A stretch of DNA of 64,000 bases from Eledone cirrhosa (Eukaryota), in contig OZ024748.1 in assembly GCA_964016885.1 (NCBI GenBank), positions 51,398,001-51,462,000 of the forward strand, read 5' to 3'. The notes beneath the pieces are model-generated. The model was given only the letters and a program-made list of their open reading frames with translations. It made no database searches and was not told the origin of the DNA. A program made the position numbers and the translations under genes. Of this stretch, positions 29,436 to 41,640 are shown piece after piece (position 1 is the stretch's first letter; each line of letters begins with the position of its first letter).

Positions 29436-29882
29436 CTGACTATATGTAACATCCAGGAGACTCTACTAATTCCTGCACCTTATATGTAGTGTCTGTAACA
29501 TTCTAGTTACCAATTGTTAACGTTTCTACCCTTCTGAACCCTATTTAGGGTCTCAGGATATGCAACCTTTATGCAGCTAACCCATGCTTCAGGTCACAAG
29601 CCCATTACCAGTCTTTTCAGGATTAGATGGATTGCAATATATGTTTTGAATGGTCTCCTTCTCTTCAGGTCCAAACACATCCCTTGTTACTCCATGTGAA
29701 AGGGATACAGTAGGATTGGTTTCCATTGAATCTGACCATACTGCAGTTTTTGGTGGTCCTGTTTATGACAGTCACCAATTTGGTAATTTGCCCAGACCCA
29801 CGAAGATTAGAATTTGTTTAGATGCAACTTTTACTTGCCTCATCGTAACTAAATTGCAGGGTTGTGAGAGTCTTTCTGAGAT
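29436..29882 (-). other. Candidate non-coding or UTR exon (447 bp)
   Basis: Unique, complex sequence bounded on the minus strand by (CT)n-CACATACTTTTAG| and CAG|GTATGT. Stops occur in all three frames. Confidence 0.35.
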
Positions 29883-29918
29883 CTAAAAGTATGTGAGAGA
29901 GAGAGAGAGAGAGAGAGG

Positions 29919-29965
<47 letters not shown>

Positions 29966-31426
29966 GAGGACAGGGGAAAGAGAAAGTTATTGTATTTTTA
30001 GTCTGATCAAAAATTCTTGCATTCTCAAACCTGTCCATCACAAATTACTATAAGCCATGTTTTGATTGAATATACAAAACAATAATAATAATACTAATGC
30101 TAATAATGGGGATGATGATGAATATACTGGAGTTTAGTTTAGGGACAAGGCCAAAAATTTATTAGGAAGAGTTAGGCAGTTAAATGAACCCCAATATTTG
30201 ACTGGTACTTTGTTTTTATAAACTTTGGAGGGGTTAACAGGCAAAGTTAACTTCAGTTGGATTTGAACTCAGTACCTATATTTATTTCGATTCAGCACAT
30301 GGCCAGTTTCACAGGGAAGAGATATAGGGTGTCTAGAACAACATTAACTGATATATCCTCACTCTAATAACATTGTAGGGTGTAATTTAAGGGTGACTTG
30401 GCTACTAATTCTGTTCTAGCATGCTTAATTACTACTTTAAAAAGTCCCTAAATTGCCTTGTATAATTGCTAAGATTTATTCAGTAATGGTGAATAAAAAC
30501 GATGAAGGTTGTGTAAAATTTAAAATGATAGAAAGCAAAGGTTAGAAAATTAAAAAATAGATTTGTTGTTGATATTTAACCCCAGGTCAGCCTTAATGGA
30601 GTAGAACTATGATCAAAGCCAAAGTCATTACCACTCACATGATCATCACATCATTCCTTTTTTCTTTCTTTTTTTCTAGTTAAGTTAACCTATGTGTCTT
30701 TCCTTTTCCTTTATAAAAGCTGACTATAAAGTGTATCAGATTTAGCTGCTATTGCTAGCATAGTTAATGGTCTTGTAGATAGAGATTTCCTAATTAGCAC
30801 AGAAACATTTAAAACACATAGTGGACAACAATATACAAAAAAATTGCGATTATAATGAAACAGTACAAAGCAAAATTCAAATAAAATGTAATAGATTAAA
30901 AAAATCATTAATTAAAACATAAGTTCAAGAGATCAAGCGAACAGAGATCACAGATGAAGAGATCAAAAATTTAAAGAGCTGAAATTATAGGTTTTGTTTA
31001 CATTGTGTGAACTAAAGATTTTGAGCTTCAATTCACACTACTGTAATTTGTGGAACAAAAAGAAAAAGAAAATATTTTTTCCAAATGAAAATCTAAAATC
31101 AAGGAAGAGATAAATAGATGACTAACTTTTACAGAGAATTGATATAAGCAATTAAAAAGATAAATGTAAAATAATACCGATTTAATACTAGCTTGTTAGG
31201 CTCTTCATTTTCCAGGTTATTGTTTCATATTCTGCATTGATTTTTTTAATTGCTTATGAAAATTATCTTAAAACTTTTATATATATAATTGTGTGTGCGT
31301 ATATATATACATACATTTATACATATAAATGCATATATTATATATATGTGCGTGTATATATATAAAACCATATATAAATATGTGTGAGTGTGTGTGTATC
31401 TATATATATATATATATATATAAATT

Positions 31427-31665
31427 GAGGCACATGGCTTAGTGTTGGAGGTTTTGAGTTCAATTCCTAGCATGGCACTGTGTCATTGAGCAAGACATTT
31501 TATTTCACATTCATCCAATCCACTCAGCAGCTTATTCAAAGAAGCCAGTATTGTGTCACGCTGTATCCAGCTTAATTTCTCTGAGAACTACCTTAAATAG
31601 ACATGTTTCTGTAGAATGCTTGACCACTTATATGTTAATTTTGCTGATCAAACAACAGGAACACC
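31427..31665 (+). mobile_element. Decayed CORE-type SINE
   Basis: GAGGCACATGGCTTAGTG head, GAGTTCAATTCC B box, TTGAGCAAGACATTTTATTTCACATT core. Confidence 0.65.
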
Positions 31666-31668
31666 GTT

Positions 31669-31719
<51 letters not shown>

Positions 31720-31737
31720 GTTGCAACAGTGAAATAT

Positions 31738-31787
31738 ACATGTACTTAAATTTCATTGGGTAATACAGCCCAACTCATTCAGCCTGT
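31738..31787 (-). ncRNA. Decayed hammerhead at the 3' end of the Penelope-like element
   Basis: Minus strand acagg CTGAATGA gttggg ctgtatta cccaat GAAA t ttaa g TA catgt; one extra base in the core. Confidence 0.55.
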
Positions 31788-31989
31788 TATATAAAAATAA
31801 AATGGCTACCTCCACAGGTTGAATTAGAAAATACTCTAGAGTTACTTCAAGGGCAGGTAATTTCAAATTTATCTATAAATAAACAAAACTTTTAGATAGT
31901 GTAAAGGGATATAACTATAAAAAAACACAACAGTAGGGAATTCGTGCAACATTAGTAGTTCAAAGAAATTATATTCCTTGAAATTAAAA

Positions 31990-32297
31990 TTAGTCTGGTT
32001 TATACCATTTTCTCAGAATATATTTTGCTTCGTGTGGACCATAAGTAAAGCAGTCAAGGCGGGTATTTAAGCAGTGTTCCTCTGAAGCCAGCTGTGAGAG
32101 TACCTTTCACTTTTCTGAGTTACATAGCTGGCAAAATTTCATCCCGTTAATATATGAGGTAGATTTTTCTAATTCCATTTAATGGAAAAATGTGAGCCAT
32201 TATTTTAAAGGGCTCACATATAGTTAGGGAGCTGTGTGGCATGTTTTTTGTCAGGATGTCTGAAGGTTGTTTTGTGGTTCAGGTATCGGCTTTTGAA
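31990..32297 (-). pseudogene. Penelope-like retroelement GIY-YIG endonuclease C-terminal region, disrupted
   Basis: Manual translation FKSRYLNHKTTFRHPDKKHATQLPNYM*AL*NNGSHFSIKWN / frameshift / EKSTSYINGMKFCQLCNSEK*...CLNTRLDCFTYGPHEAKYILRKWYKPD*. Matches the FKxRYxNHKxxF..ATxL..IKW..CxLCxxEK..LNxR..H..K pattern of Penelope-like endonucleases. Confidence 0.8.
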
Positions 32298-32997
32298 TCA
32301 CAGAGTGGCATACATGCAACAGATAATACAAGAGAATATTCCAATATTTAAAGAGGCATTGTGAAAGGAGCTTTGAGAAAGAAAGAGTTCATTAGCAATA
32401 CATATGCAGGTGTGTAGAAAATGCACATGCGTTAGACATATACATGAGAAGGAAATAAGTAAGGTTATTATGTATCTATAGATAAATAAATACTGTATTT
32501 AAGCAAAAATGTAATGTATTAAAATCTAAAGTGGACATAGTTTGTTGATAGTGTCCGAATTTGTGTGTGTTGAGGAGCATAAAGTTATTGCAGTCTCTTC
32601 CATTACCTATGTTGAATTATATTTTAGTTAATGTTAATATTGAATGTTTAAGTTAGTTAAAGCAATGAATTGTAAATTAGTCTTATTGTATTCATATACA
32701 TGGACTACATTAGTTCAACAGGTAGGTTTTCTAACGGTTAACATATACGGAAGTGAGTTAGGGGAGCTAATGCATGTGGGGAGGTAACTAGCTAATTAAA
32801 TTCAGTTATTCAAAATCTTTGCTCTAATACATTTTAATTTTAATTTGAATTTGAATTTTTGTACAATTATCGTAAAATATATGTCACATCCATTTCACCC
32901 TGTAAATACGAAACTGTTGCTCACAACATCAATATATAAGTATCTATATTACTGTTCAGTTGAATAGGAGGTTAATTATATGTGCAAACATTGATAA

Positions 32998-33044
32998 GGC
33001 TCCGATGACTCCAAATGAGAGTTTGGAAGAAACGATTGTCAGCT
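32998..33044 (+). ncRNA. Minimal type I hammerhead motif (CCGAUGA variant)
   Basis: ggct CCGATGA c tccaaa tgagag tttgga a GAAA c gatt g TC agct. GUC site, (TA)n ~45 bp downstream. Confidence 0.6.
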
Positions 33045-33251
33045 ATTAAATGATTTGAACACAACTTTGATAAATGTATAATTTATTTATATATATGTGT
33101 ATATATATATATTATATATGTGTATATACAGTATATATATACATATATATATATATATATTTATATATGTATATATATACATATATACACACTTATGTAT
33201 ATATATTATAAATATATATATGGATATATATTACATATATATATATGTATA

Positions 33252-33304
<53 letters not shown>

Positions 33305-33316
33305 CACATATATATT

Positions 33317-33364
<48 letters not shown>

Positions 33365-34445
33365 TGTCTGTGTGTGCATGCCTGTTAGCATGTGTGTGTA
33401 TATGTATATATATAATACATAGATGTGATGTGAGAACAAAAGTTATTTATGAACATTTGTTTCCTCTGCTTTTGATAGAGAATATATTTTCAAAAATATT
33501 GTCAATTCCTGTCACATTTTGTAAAAGGTAAAAAGCACGAAAGATGTACCGAAGGTCAAATAGACATATTAATCTCAACGAGGAAATCAAGAAACCATCA
33601 CAATAACAACTACAATACATTGAATTCTAACAATAACAACAATGACAACAATATTGATATACTTAACCACTACAACAACATCTACAAGAAACCAAACAAC
33701 TAAAGTAACAAGAAATATAACAACAATCACCACCAACTATAACAATATCTACAACAACAACCACAAGATAACAATGTGTGCAAAAAGTCCCACAAGATAT
33801 CGTCTATAAATTCTTTTACTAATGAGACCAGCAAGTACATTACTCTGCAATTTCCAGCTATTTTCACAGCCTGTGACATTTTCTATGTAATTTATCTGCG
33901 CTTAGGGTCAGGAGAAGATCCCTTCTACTAAAATTGTAAAGGGTTTTTTTTTCAACAGTGTTGTTGTTTTTTAACCTCTGTTTGACCTTGATTGAGCAAA
34001 CCTATGATCAAAGAAGTTCAAGCCATCATCATCATCACCATCAATATCGTCATCATTTTTGTTGACTCTCTATTTTCTCTGCTTTCATGGGTCAAATAAT
34101 GTCTCATGTTATGAAGTTAGACATGTCAGATGAATATGTCTTGCACATATGCTCCATTTTTGCCTTACTGTATATACTCAAGTATAAGATAATCTTACCC
34201 CACCCCCCTTCACACACACACACACCTATTCGATGTCTGAGAAATGGGGAAAAATCCAAACCCCATTTATAAGTTGAGACATCTAATGAACACATTATGT
34301 TTAGATAGTGATTATAAGCTGACCTCCCTCATTTTACCACCGAGTTCTGGTCGCTTATTCCTTGGCTCATATTTCAGTATATATCAATGCAACAGTAATA
34401 TGCTTTATATACATACATATGTGTATTTATATGTATATGCATATA

Positions 34446-35591
34446 TATTATTCAAAATATTAATAAATGAAGACGTTCACATAATCAAAATATATGTTTT
34501 ATTATATATATTTCGGAGGTACTGTGCTGTTTTTTTCAGTATGTCCTCATCAGATAAAATATATGAATTGATGTATGACATACTTCAACTGTCTTGATGG
34601 TTCAATTCCAGTCTTGGCAGTGATTTATTACAACAAATCTCAATATTTATATACACAAATAATAACATGATAAACTTAAATATGATGAAGAAGAGGATGT
34701 GGGGCGAGATATAAGTATAAGGAGGGGGTGAGTATGAGAAAATGTAAGAAGAAATAAATAAACACATACGTACATAAAATATTTAAATATTTAAATGTGT
34801 AAATATCTGTATTAGGGAAGAAAAGGAAGAGAGAGAGATAGATAGAAGAGAAGAAAGAAGAAGAGAGAAAAAGAAGAGAAGATAGAAGAAGGAGAGAGAG
34901 AGATAGAAGAGAGAAGAGGGAAGATGTAACTGCAAAAAGGAAAGAATGAAAGAAAGAAAGAAAGAAAGAAGAAAGGGACATGATGCATGACCGTTGTTTT
35001 CAAATATTAAGTCAAATAGAAGCGACCAATTAAATACCGTGAAATGTTTAATATCTTTTGTATTTGGTTATGTTTGAGCTAATTATACTAATATATTATA
35101 TAAAAATTAAACAATATAAAAATATTTTCTATAATAATCAGAAGCATAGTTCAATTAATAAATATATTCAATATTTTGTTACAAAATTCAAAAATCAAAA
35201 TCATTTTTACCTATCAAGCAAGTTTACAAACATATTAAATATGTATAAAGATATTTACCACAACTTATTCGCATATCACCATCAGTATATGCATTTTATA
35301 TAATGTTTAGAATTATTATCTGAATTATTCTTTTTACATTAAAAAACAGTTGTAATTTACTTATAGGATTAATAAGTAGTTATATTTACTCTTGAAAGTA
35401 TTATTATTTCGATTTTAATTCCGTAACTATATCATAATATCATAATATATGTAGTTTCCCTTTAAGGATTGATATTATAAATCATGTTAAATATACATAA
35501 AAAACAACACAGTACCTTCGAAATATATATAATAAAACATATATTTTGATTATGTGAACTTCTTCATTTATTAATATTTTGAATAATATTA
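34446..35591. mobile_element. Penelope-like remnant with ~90-bp inverted termini
   Basis: 34446-34537 is the reverse complement of ~35500-35591; the left arm contains a hammerhead. Confidence 0.65.
34497..34559 (-). ncRNA. Minimal type I hammerhead ribozyme
   Basis: Minus strand ttttat CTGATGA gga ca tactg aaaaaaacagca cagta cc tcc GAAA tatata TA ataaaa. 6-bp stem I, palindromic stem III. Confidence 0.8.
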
Positions 35592-35830
35592 ATAACTCCA
35601 GAAAACTTCAATGTAGAGTGCTTTTAATCTATTGTAAAACTATATTCATTGAGTAATCAATGAACCATATTAATCTTTGGTTATATGCATATATATATAT
35701 ACATACAGCAGATGAACTGTTTGATCAGTGGAATGCATCCCTTCCATAAGAAATGAGAGAACAGATGCTCCAATCTGTTGAGACAAAATCTAGAGTGATA
35801 TACAAATGAAATCAGACAGTAATATATAAT

Positions 35831-36099
35831 TGTTTCTACTATTGGCACAAGGCCAGCAATTATCTCAGTGTATTACTGGTATTTTATTTTATCGACCCCG
35901 TAAGGATGAGAGGCAAAGTTAACCTCAGCGGGATTTGTACTCAGACCATAAAGAGCCGTAACTCTGCAATGCATGGTGTCCGACCCTCTACCGATACTGC
36001 CAATCTACCGCCCTAGCATGGTGTCTGACCCTCTACCGATACTGCCAATCTACCGCCCTAGCATGGTGTCTGACCCTCTACTGATACTGCCAATCCATC
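35831..36099 (-). mobile_element. SINE family A with triplicated 45-bp 5' head and 16-bp TSD
   Basis: GACAGTAATATATAAT at 35815-35830 and 36100-36115; 45-bp unit starts at 35971, 36016 and 36061. Confidence 0.9.
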
Positions 36100-36454
36100 G
36101 ACAGTAATATATAATGGAGGCAATGCCCACATTTGACCCCTCTAACCAACCTTTCAGGGATAGCTTCTTGTTGGCTCATTTCCTGGTGACACTGGCTTTC
36201 CTGTCCATTATCTCACCTTACATCTGGATAAAACCAGATCTTGAGTAAGTTAACACACTCATTTGTTCAGTGTCTCACAGCACCGTTCAATGGAATGGAT
36301 TTACTGCTCCATCTTCTAAGTTGCAAACCCATTGAGCTTTTTTGGTTAATCGCTGCTCCTGTCAATATTTAGGAATGGGCCAGCCAGCTTGACTTCTATT
36401 CAATCACCATGATTGACTGAGTGCATGATGATGATGATGATGATGTTGATAATA

Positions 36455-36760
36455 ACAGTTTTTGATTTAGGTACAAGGCCAACAATTTCGAGGGAACAGT
36501 CAATTAAATAGAGCCCAGTGCATTACTGATGAAAGGATGAAAGGCAAAGCTAACCTCAGAATGTAAAGGGATATAACTATATGCTGGAGGGAGGGGAAAT
36601 TGATTAAATCGATTGCAGTGCATTACTGGTGCTTTATTTTATTGACCCTGTAAGGAAAAGCTAACCTCCACTGGATTTTAATTCAGAATGTAAAGAGCCA
36701 TAACTCTATGCTGCTAAGCATATTGTCCGACGCTCTACTGATTCTGCCAATCCACCATCC
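36455..36760 (-). mobile_element. Two decayed SINE family A copies
   Basis: AGGATGAAAGGCAAAGCTAACCTC and CTGCCAATCCACC motifs. Confidence 0.65.
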
Positions 36761-37418
36761 TATAATAATAATAACAATAATAATTACTAAACAGAATAAA
36801 TGAATATATAAAAAGTATTCTAAAATAAACTGATCAACATTTTGTCAGCTTTGGAATTTATTTTTCTTTAAATAATTTGTACTTATTTGATATTAATTTA
36901 CTAGAATACAGAGCTAAAAATATTATTATTATCATTATTATGGTTATTAAAGAAAGCATTATTATTATTATTATTATCATTATTATTATTATCCTCTCCT
37001 CCTGATTTAATTGAGTTGGAAACTATTTTAATTTGTATCAGTTAAATGTTTATTCAGGTATGACATCTTGGGATGTGGAAGAGTATTGAGATTGAGGTTG
37101 AAGGTGGAGGTGGGGTAAGGTGGTAGGAGGGGGCTTGGATTTAGGTTAGATTGTATAGGGTTGGGTTAGTAGGAGGAGGAGAGGGTGAAAGAATTGTCCT
37201 GGTCATGGATATAAAACAAAAGAAAAATAATTAAACAGGAAAAAAAAATGGAAATGATTTGAAAATGAAGAAATTAAAAAAAAAATGAAAGAAGAGATAT
37301 TTAATGCACACATATAGGAATTACATGATTATATATATATACACACATGTGTAAATATATACATACACTTGCAGATATCTGGATATAATTAAGTGGGATG
37401 TATTTGCATATATACACA

Positions 37419-37462
<44 letters not shown>

Positions 37463-38003
37463 CATAAATACTTTCACACACAGAAATACATATACATATT
37501 TATACATATCTATGCATATGTGCACATGCCTATAAATGCATATATATACATATATGAACACATATATATATGTGTATATATATATATATAAACATATACA
37601 TACATATATGAACATATATATATATATATATAAACATATACATACATATATGAACATATATATATATACATTTATATATATATATAAACATATACATATA
37701 TACACACACACACGTGTGTGTATATGTGTCTGTGTGTGAGTGCACATATCTTTATTAATGTCTAGACTAAGACTCCATTGCCATGCTCTATTACATACAA
37801 ATTAAAACTGCCATGGAAATTACAGGGAACTAGAATAAAGTTGAAGAATAGGAAAGAGTAAAAATATGATCATTTAAATAAAACACAAAAATAATACAAT
37901 GAACAATTACTACTACTGCTACTACTACTACTACAATTACTGCTGATGCTACTACTACTGCTACTACCATTACTACTACTACTGCTACTACTACTACTAC
38001 AAT

Positions 38004-38227
38004 TACAGTGTGGGCTGGGTGCTTTTTTGCCGTGGCACCTATACGACCACTTTGCAGTGGAATGATAGGGACCCCAGTCCCTATCATCTCATTTCTACAG
38101 CTGAGTAAACTGGAGCAATGTGAAATAAAGTGTCTTGCTCAAGGAAACAACACATCAACTGGTCTGAGAATTGAACTCACAACCTTTCGATTGAAAGGCC
38201 AATGCTCTAACCACTAAGCCATATGCC

Positions 38228-38228
<1 letters not shown>
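38004..38228 (-). mobile_element. CORE SINE family B
   Basis: Complete A/B-box head plus CORE-like domain; near-identical to 26850-27045. Confidence 0.8.
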
Positions 38229-38258
<30 letters not shown>

Positions 38259-38439
38259 ATTTATATATATATATAGATAGATAAATATACACGGGTGTGT
38301 ATGATTGTGTATAGAAGATTATATTAATAAGAGGAATTCCAACTTTGACTGATTTACTCGTTTTATTTACAATCCTTTAAAATTTATAATGGTATTATAA
38401 TGAAATAGTATGATAGAATATTAAATGTTAAGTGTTAAT

Positions 38440-38478
38440 TGAACAAGTACTTTCATGCTTTCGCAATCTTCAGGTTCA
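38440..38478 (-). ncRNA. Minimal hammerhead, inverted copy (one stem II mismatch)
   Basis: Minus strand tgaac CTGAAGA ttgc gaaa gcat GAAA g ta c TT gttca. Confidence 0.7.
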
Positions 38479-38555
38479 TAATGTGTGGTGACAGTCAAGT
38501 TTGCAAATTTCAACTGTTAGTTCAAAATTGCAAACTTGACTGTCACCACACATTA

Positions 38556-38594
38556 TGAACCTGAAGAATGCGAAAGCATGAAAGTACTTGTTCA
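38556..38594 (+). ncRNA. Minimal type I hammerhead ribozyme
   Basis: tgaac CTGAAGA atgc gaaa gcat GAAA g ta c TT gttca. Perfect stems I and II with GAAA tetraloop, palindromic stem III AAGTACTT. Confidence 0.85.
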
Positions 38595-38813
38595 ATTAAC
38601 ACTTAACATTTAATATTCTATCACACTATTTCATTATAATACCATTATAAATTTTAAAGGATTGTAAATAAAACGAGTAAATCAGACAAAGTTGGAATTC
38701 CTCTTATGTATATATATATACATACATGCATATATATGTATATATATATATACATGCATATATATGTATGTATATATATATATAAATATATATACATGCA
38801 TATATACATGCAT

Positions 38814-39710
38814 ATGGTGGCTGCCAACTCGTTTTCGAGTACAGCCACTACTTTATATCTATGTAGAACCCCTACCGATGCACTGAACGAGTGTGACTTT
38901 TTAGTCCAGCCAACGACTTGAAAACTCTGGTACAAACACTACACTTGTGACAATTATTGACACATAGCGCTGGGCCCATGGTACCATGTGACGACAAGTG
39001 CAGAGAGTTCTCCAGATATAAAGCAATGCCTGTGCCGTGAAGCTTTTATAGTGAGCAAAGGCACTGCACAAAGCCAGTCCCACTCTCATATACATACATA
39101 CATGGTGGCTGCCAACTCGTTTTCGAGTACGGCCACTACTGTATATCCATGTAGGAGAACCCCTACTGATGCGCTAAACAAGTGTGACTTTTTAGTCAGG
39201 CCAGCGACTTGAAAACTCTGGTACAAACACTACACTTGTGACAATTATTGACACATAGTGCTGGGCCCATGGTACCATGTGATGGCAAGTGCAGAGAGAT
39301 CTCCAGATATAAAGCAATGCCTGTGCCGTGAAGCTTTTATAGTGAGCAAAGGCACTGCACAAAGCCAGTCCCACTCTCTTAACCAAGATGATATTTACCA
39401 AAAAGAAGAACATGTCAACATCATTGGATACCATCAGAGTTGCAGGTGTTATATCAGAGTTTTCCTTCTCCTAGAATTCTGCCTTGACAAAGGCTAAGGG
39501 GTCATCTCTCCCGGTGATTTTGGATGGCCATTGACTCTTAAGAGCTCCTTTGCCCTTTGACAGGTTTTGTTTTTAGTCCTGCAGGATGTCCAAAGTCACC
39601 CTCCTCACCAAGGAACCTTGGTGGGGTTGCCAGTTTAGTCGCCAACGACCCGACCATGAGACAGGTTGTACTGGGATACATGTTACCAGTAGCACCACTG
39701 GTGACCTGAC
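38814..39710 (-). mobile_element. Tandem pair of the 610-bp RTE-derived element (truncated 38814-39087; full 39102-39710)
   Basis: Reverse complement of 16563-17172; separated and flanked by (TACA)n/(TA)n. Confidence 0.85.
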
Positions 39711-39747
39711 ATACATACATACATACATACATACATACATACATACA

Positions 39748-39783
<36 letters not shown>

Positions 39784-40107
39784 TACATGCATATATACAT
39801 ACATATATGTGTATATATATATATATGTATATGTATATATATAAAATCAACAAAACCTAAAAATCCTACTGCCTTGAATAATAAATGAGATATTCGATAT
39901 TAATGAGAAAATAATAACGATATTGTTCTATGGGGATAGAATCTCTTCTACACTCCCCTACACCCCCTACAGTTTACCTATTCTGTTATTATGATTCACA
40001 TTGCTGTCACATTGGTTGTAGTCCACTGCCATCTCCGACACTGTTACTGTCACCAACATCACCCATATTGGAATTACTAACACCACCATTACCACTTCAA
40101 CTAATAC

Positions 40108-40293
40108 TTGTTTCTACTTTAGGCACAAGGCCAGCAATTACCCAGTGCATTACTGGTACTTTATTTGATCGACCCCGTAAGGATGAAAGACAAAGTCAAC
40201 CTCGGCGGGATTTGAACTCAGATCGTAAAGGGACGCAACTATGCTGGAAAGCATGGCGTCCGACCCTCTACCGATACTGCCAATCCACCGCCC
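40108..40293 (-). mobile_element. SINE family A with probable TSD CTTCAA(C/T)TAATACT
   Basis: Full head, core and tail; direct repeat on both flanks. Confidence 0.85.
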
Positions 40294-40429
40294 TTCAATT
40301 AATACTACTACACAACCACTAACTCCATCACCAACACCTTCTCCAATGACTCTCTGCCAACCAACAATAACTACAACACCACTGGCCACCTTCAGTACCA
40401 TTGTCTTCATTATCACAACTCCAACACCC

Positions 40430-40870
40430 ATCACAACCACCAACAACAACCCTACTACCAACAACAACAATACTGTCACCAACAACTATAACAACCCTAC
40501 TACCAACAACAACAGCACATCACTAGCTACAGAAACAACCAACTTCAACACAAGCAATAACAGCTCTAACAACAACTACGATACCCCTACTACCAATACC
40601 AACAACACCAACAACAACAACTCCAACATCACTAGCAACAACAACTCCAACATCACTAGCAACAACAACAACTCCAACATCACTAGCAACAACAACAGCA
40701 ACACCAGCAACAGCAACTCCAACATCACTAGCAACAACAACAGCAACACCAACAACAACAACTCCAACATCACTAGCAACAACAACAGCAACACCAGCAA
40801 CAACAACTCCAACATCACTAGCAACAACAACAGCACCAGCAAAGCAACAGTAACAATAAGAACAACAACA
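40430..40870. repeat. (AAC)n-derived minisatellite, core CTCCAACATCACTAGCAACAAC
   Basis: Six core copies within an AAC-rich tract. Confidence 0.85.
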
Positions 40871-41407
40871 AAAAGAATTCAACTGCAAACAACAGTAATC
40901 ACTCCAACACCAGCACAACCACCACCACCACAACTCCAACACCACCATTAACAATAACAGCAACTCTAATACCCACCCCAACCAAGACCTCTAATTCACT
41001 GAGGTTTTGTTTTTTAGCCTCAGACAAGATGGCGGAAATAATGAGAATAATTGTATTAATTATGATTTTGTGATTGATTGCATCCATAATTCCAAAATGA
41101 ATCTTTGGGATGTCATATCTCTTTTAGAAGGTGGAGTGAGCACTGGGAATTGCATGCTTCTCTCTAATAAGACTTTCAGCTAGGGTCTACCTCCAATACA
41201 CATAACCACAACCACACCCAATGTGTCCCCTTGGGTGTGGGAGTCATAGTCAAAAATTCCGCAAAAATAAAGAAACTATTTGGCAATTACTGAAAGTACA
41301 TCTGCTACAAACAATGGGAAATTCTTACTTCAACATGGTACCTATTTCATTGTTCTACAGACTTTACTAAGATAAATTACAATTGTAAAGATGATATAAT
41401 ATATATA

Positions 41408-41591
41408 TAGGAAAATGCTCAGGACCCCAACGGCAGAGCTCAAGCCATTTCTGTCCAGAAATAGCTGTCGAAACGGCTTGAGCTCTGCCGTCGGGGTCCT
41501 GAACATTTTTCTATTACCCACTCTACTACCCAAAGTATCGAGTACTCTGGTGCGTTATGGTCCACCTGGTTCCTCACCACACTTCATTCAT
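41408..41591 (+). mobile_element. Fold-back Penelope-like remnant in (TA)n; same family as 60650-60819
   Basis: Inverted arms 41408-41451 / 41469-41513, GAAACGGCTT half-core, shared 3' end CTATTACCCACTCTACTACCC..GGTGCGTTATGGTCCACCTGGTTCC. Confidence 0.65.

Positions 41592-41640
<49 letters not shown>

Larger units (their letters stand above)
38327..38707. mobile_element. 381-bp near-perfect palindrome carrying two divergent hammerheads (Penelope-like fold-back)
   Basis: Arms pair around position 38517 with a 3-nt loop and few mismatches; TA-rich flanks. Confidence 0.85.

Noticed and set aside
38150-38228. tRNA gene
   Set aside because: A and B boxes are present, but there is no acceptor stem and the sequence runs directly into a CORE-like SINE body.
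40241-40951. 236-aa Thr/Asn-rich mucin-like ORF
   Set aside because: It starts inside an antisense SINE and continues through an (AAC)n minisatellite.
41025-41036. YY1-like CAAGATGGCGG promoter or start motif
   Set aside because: A single short motif with no CpG-rich context or sustained ORF; insufficient support.
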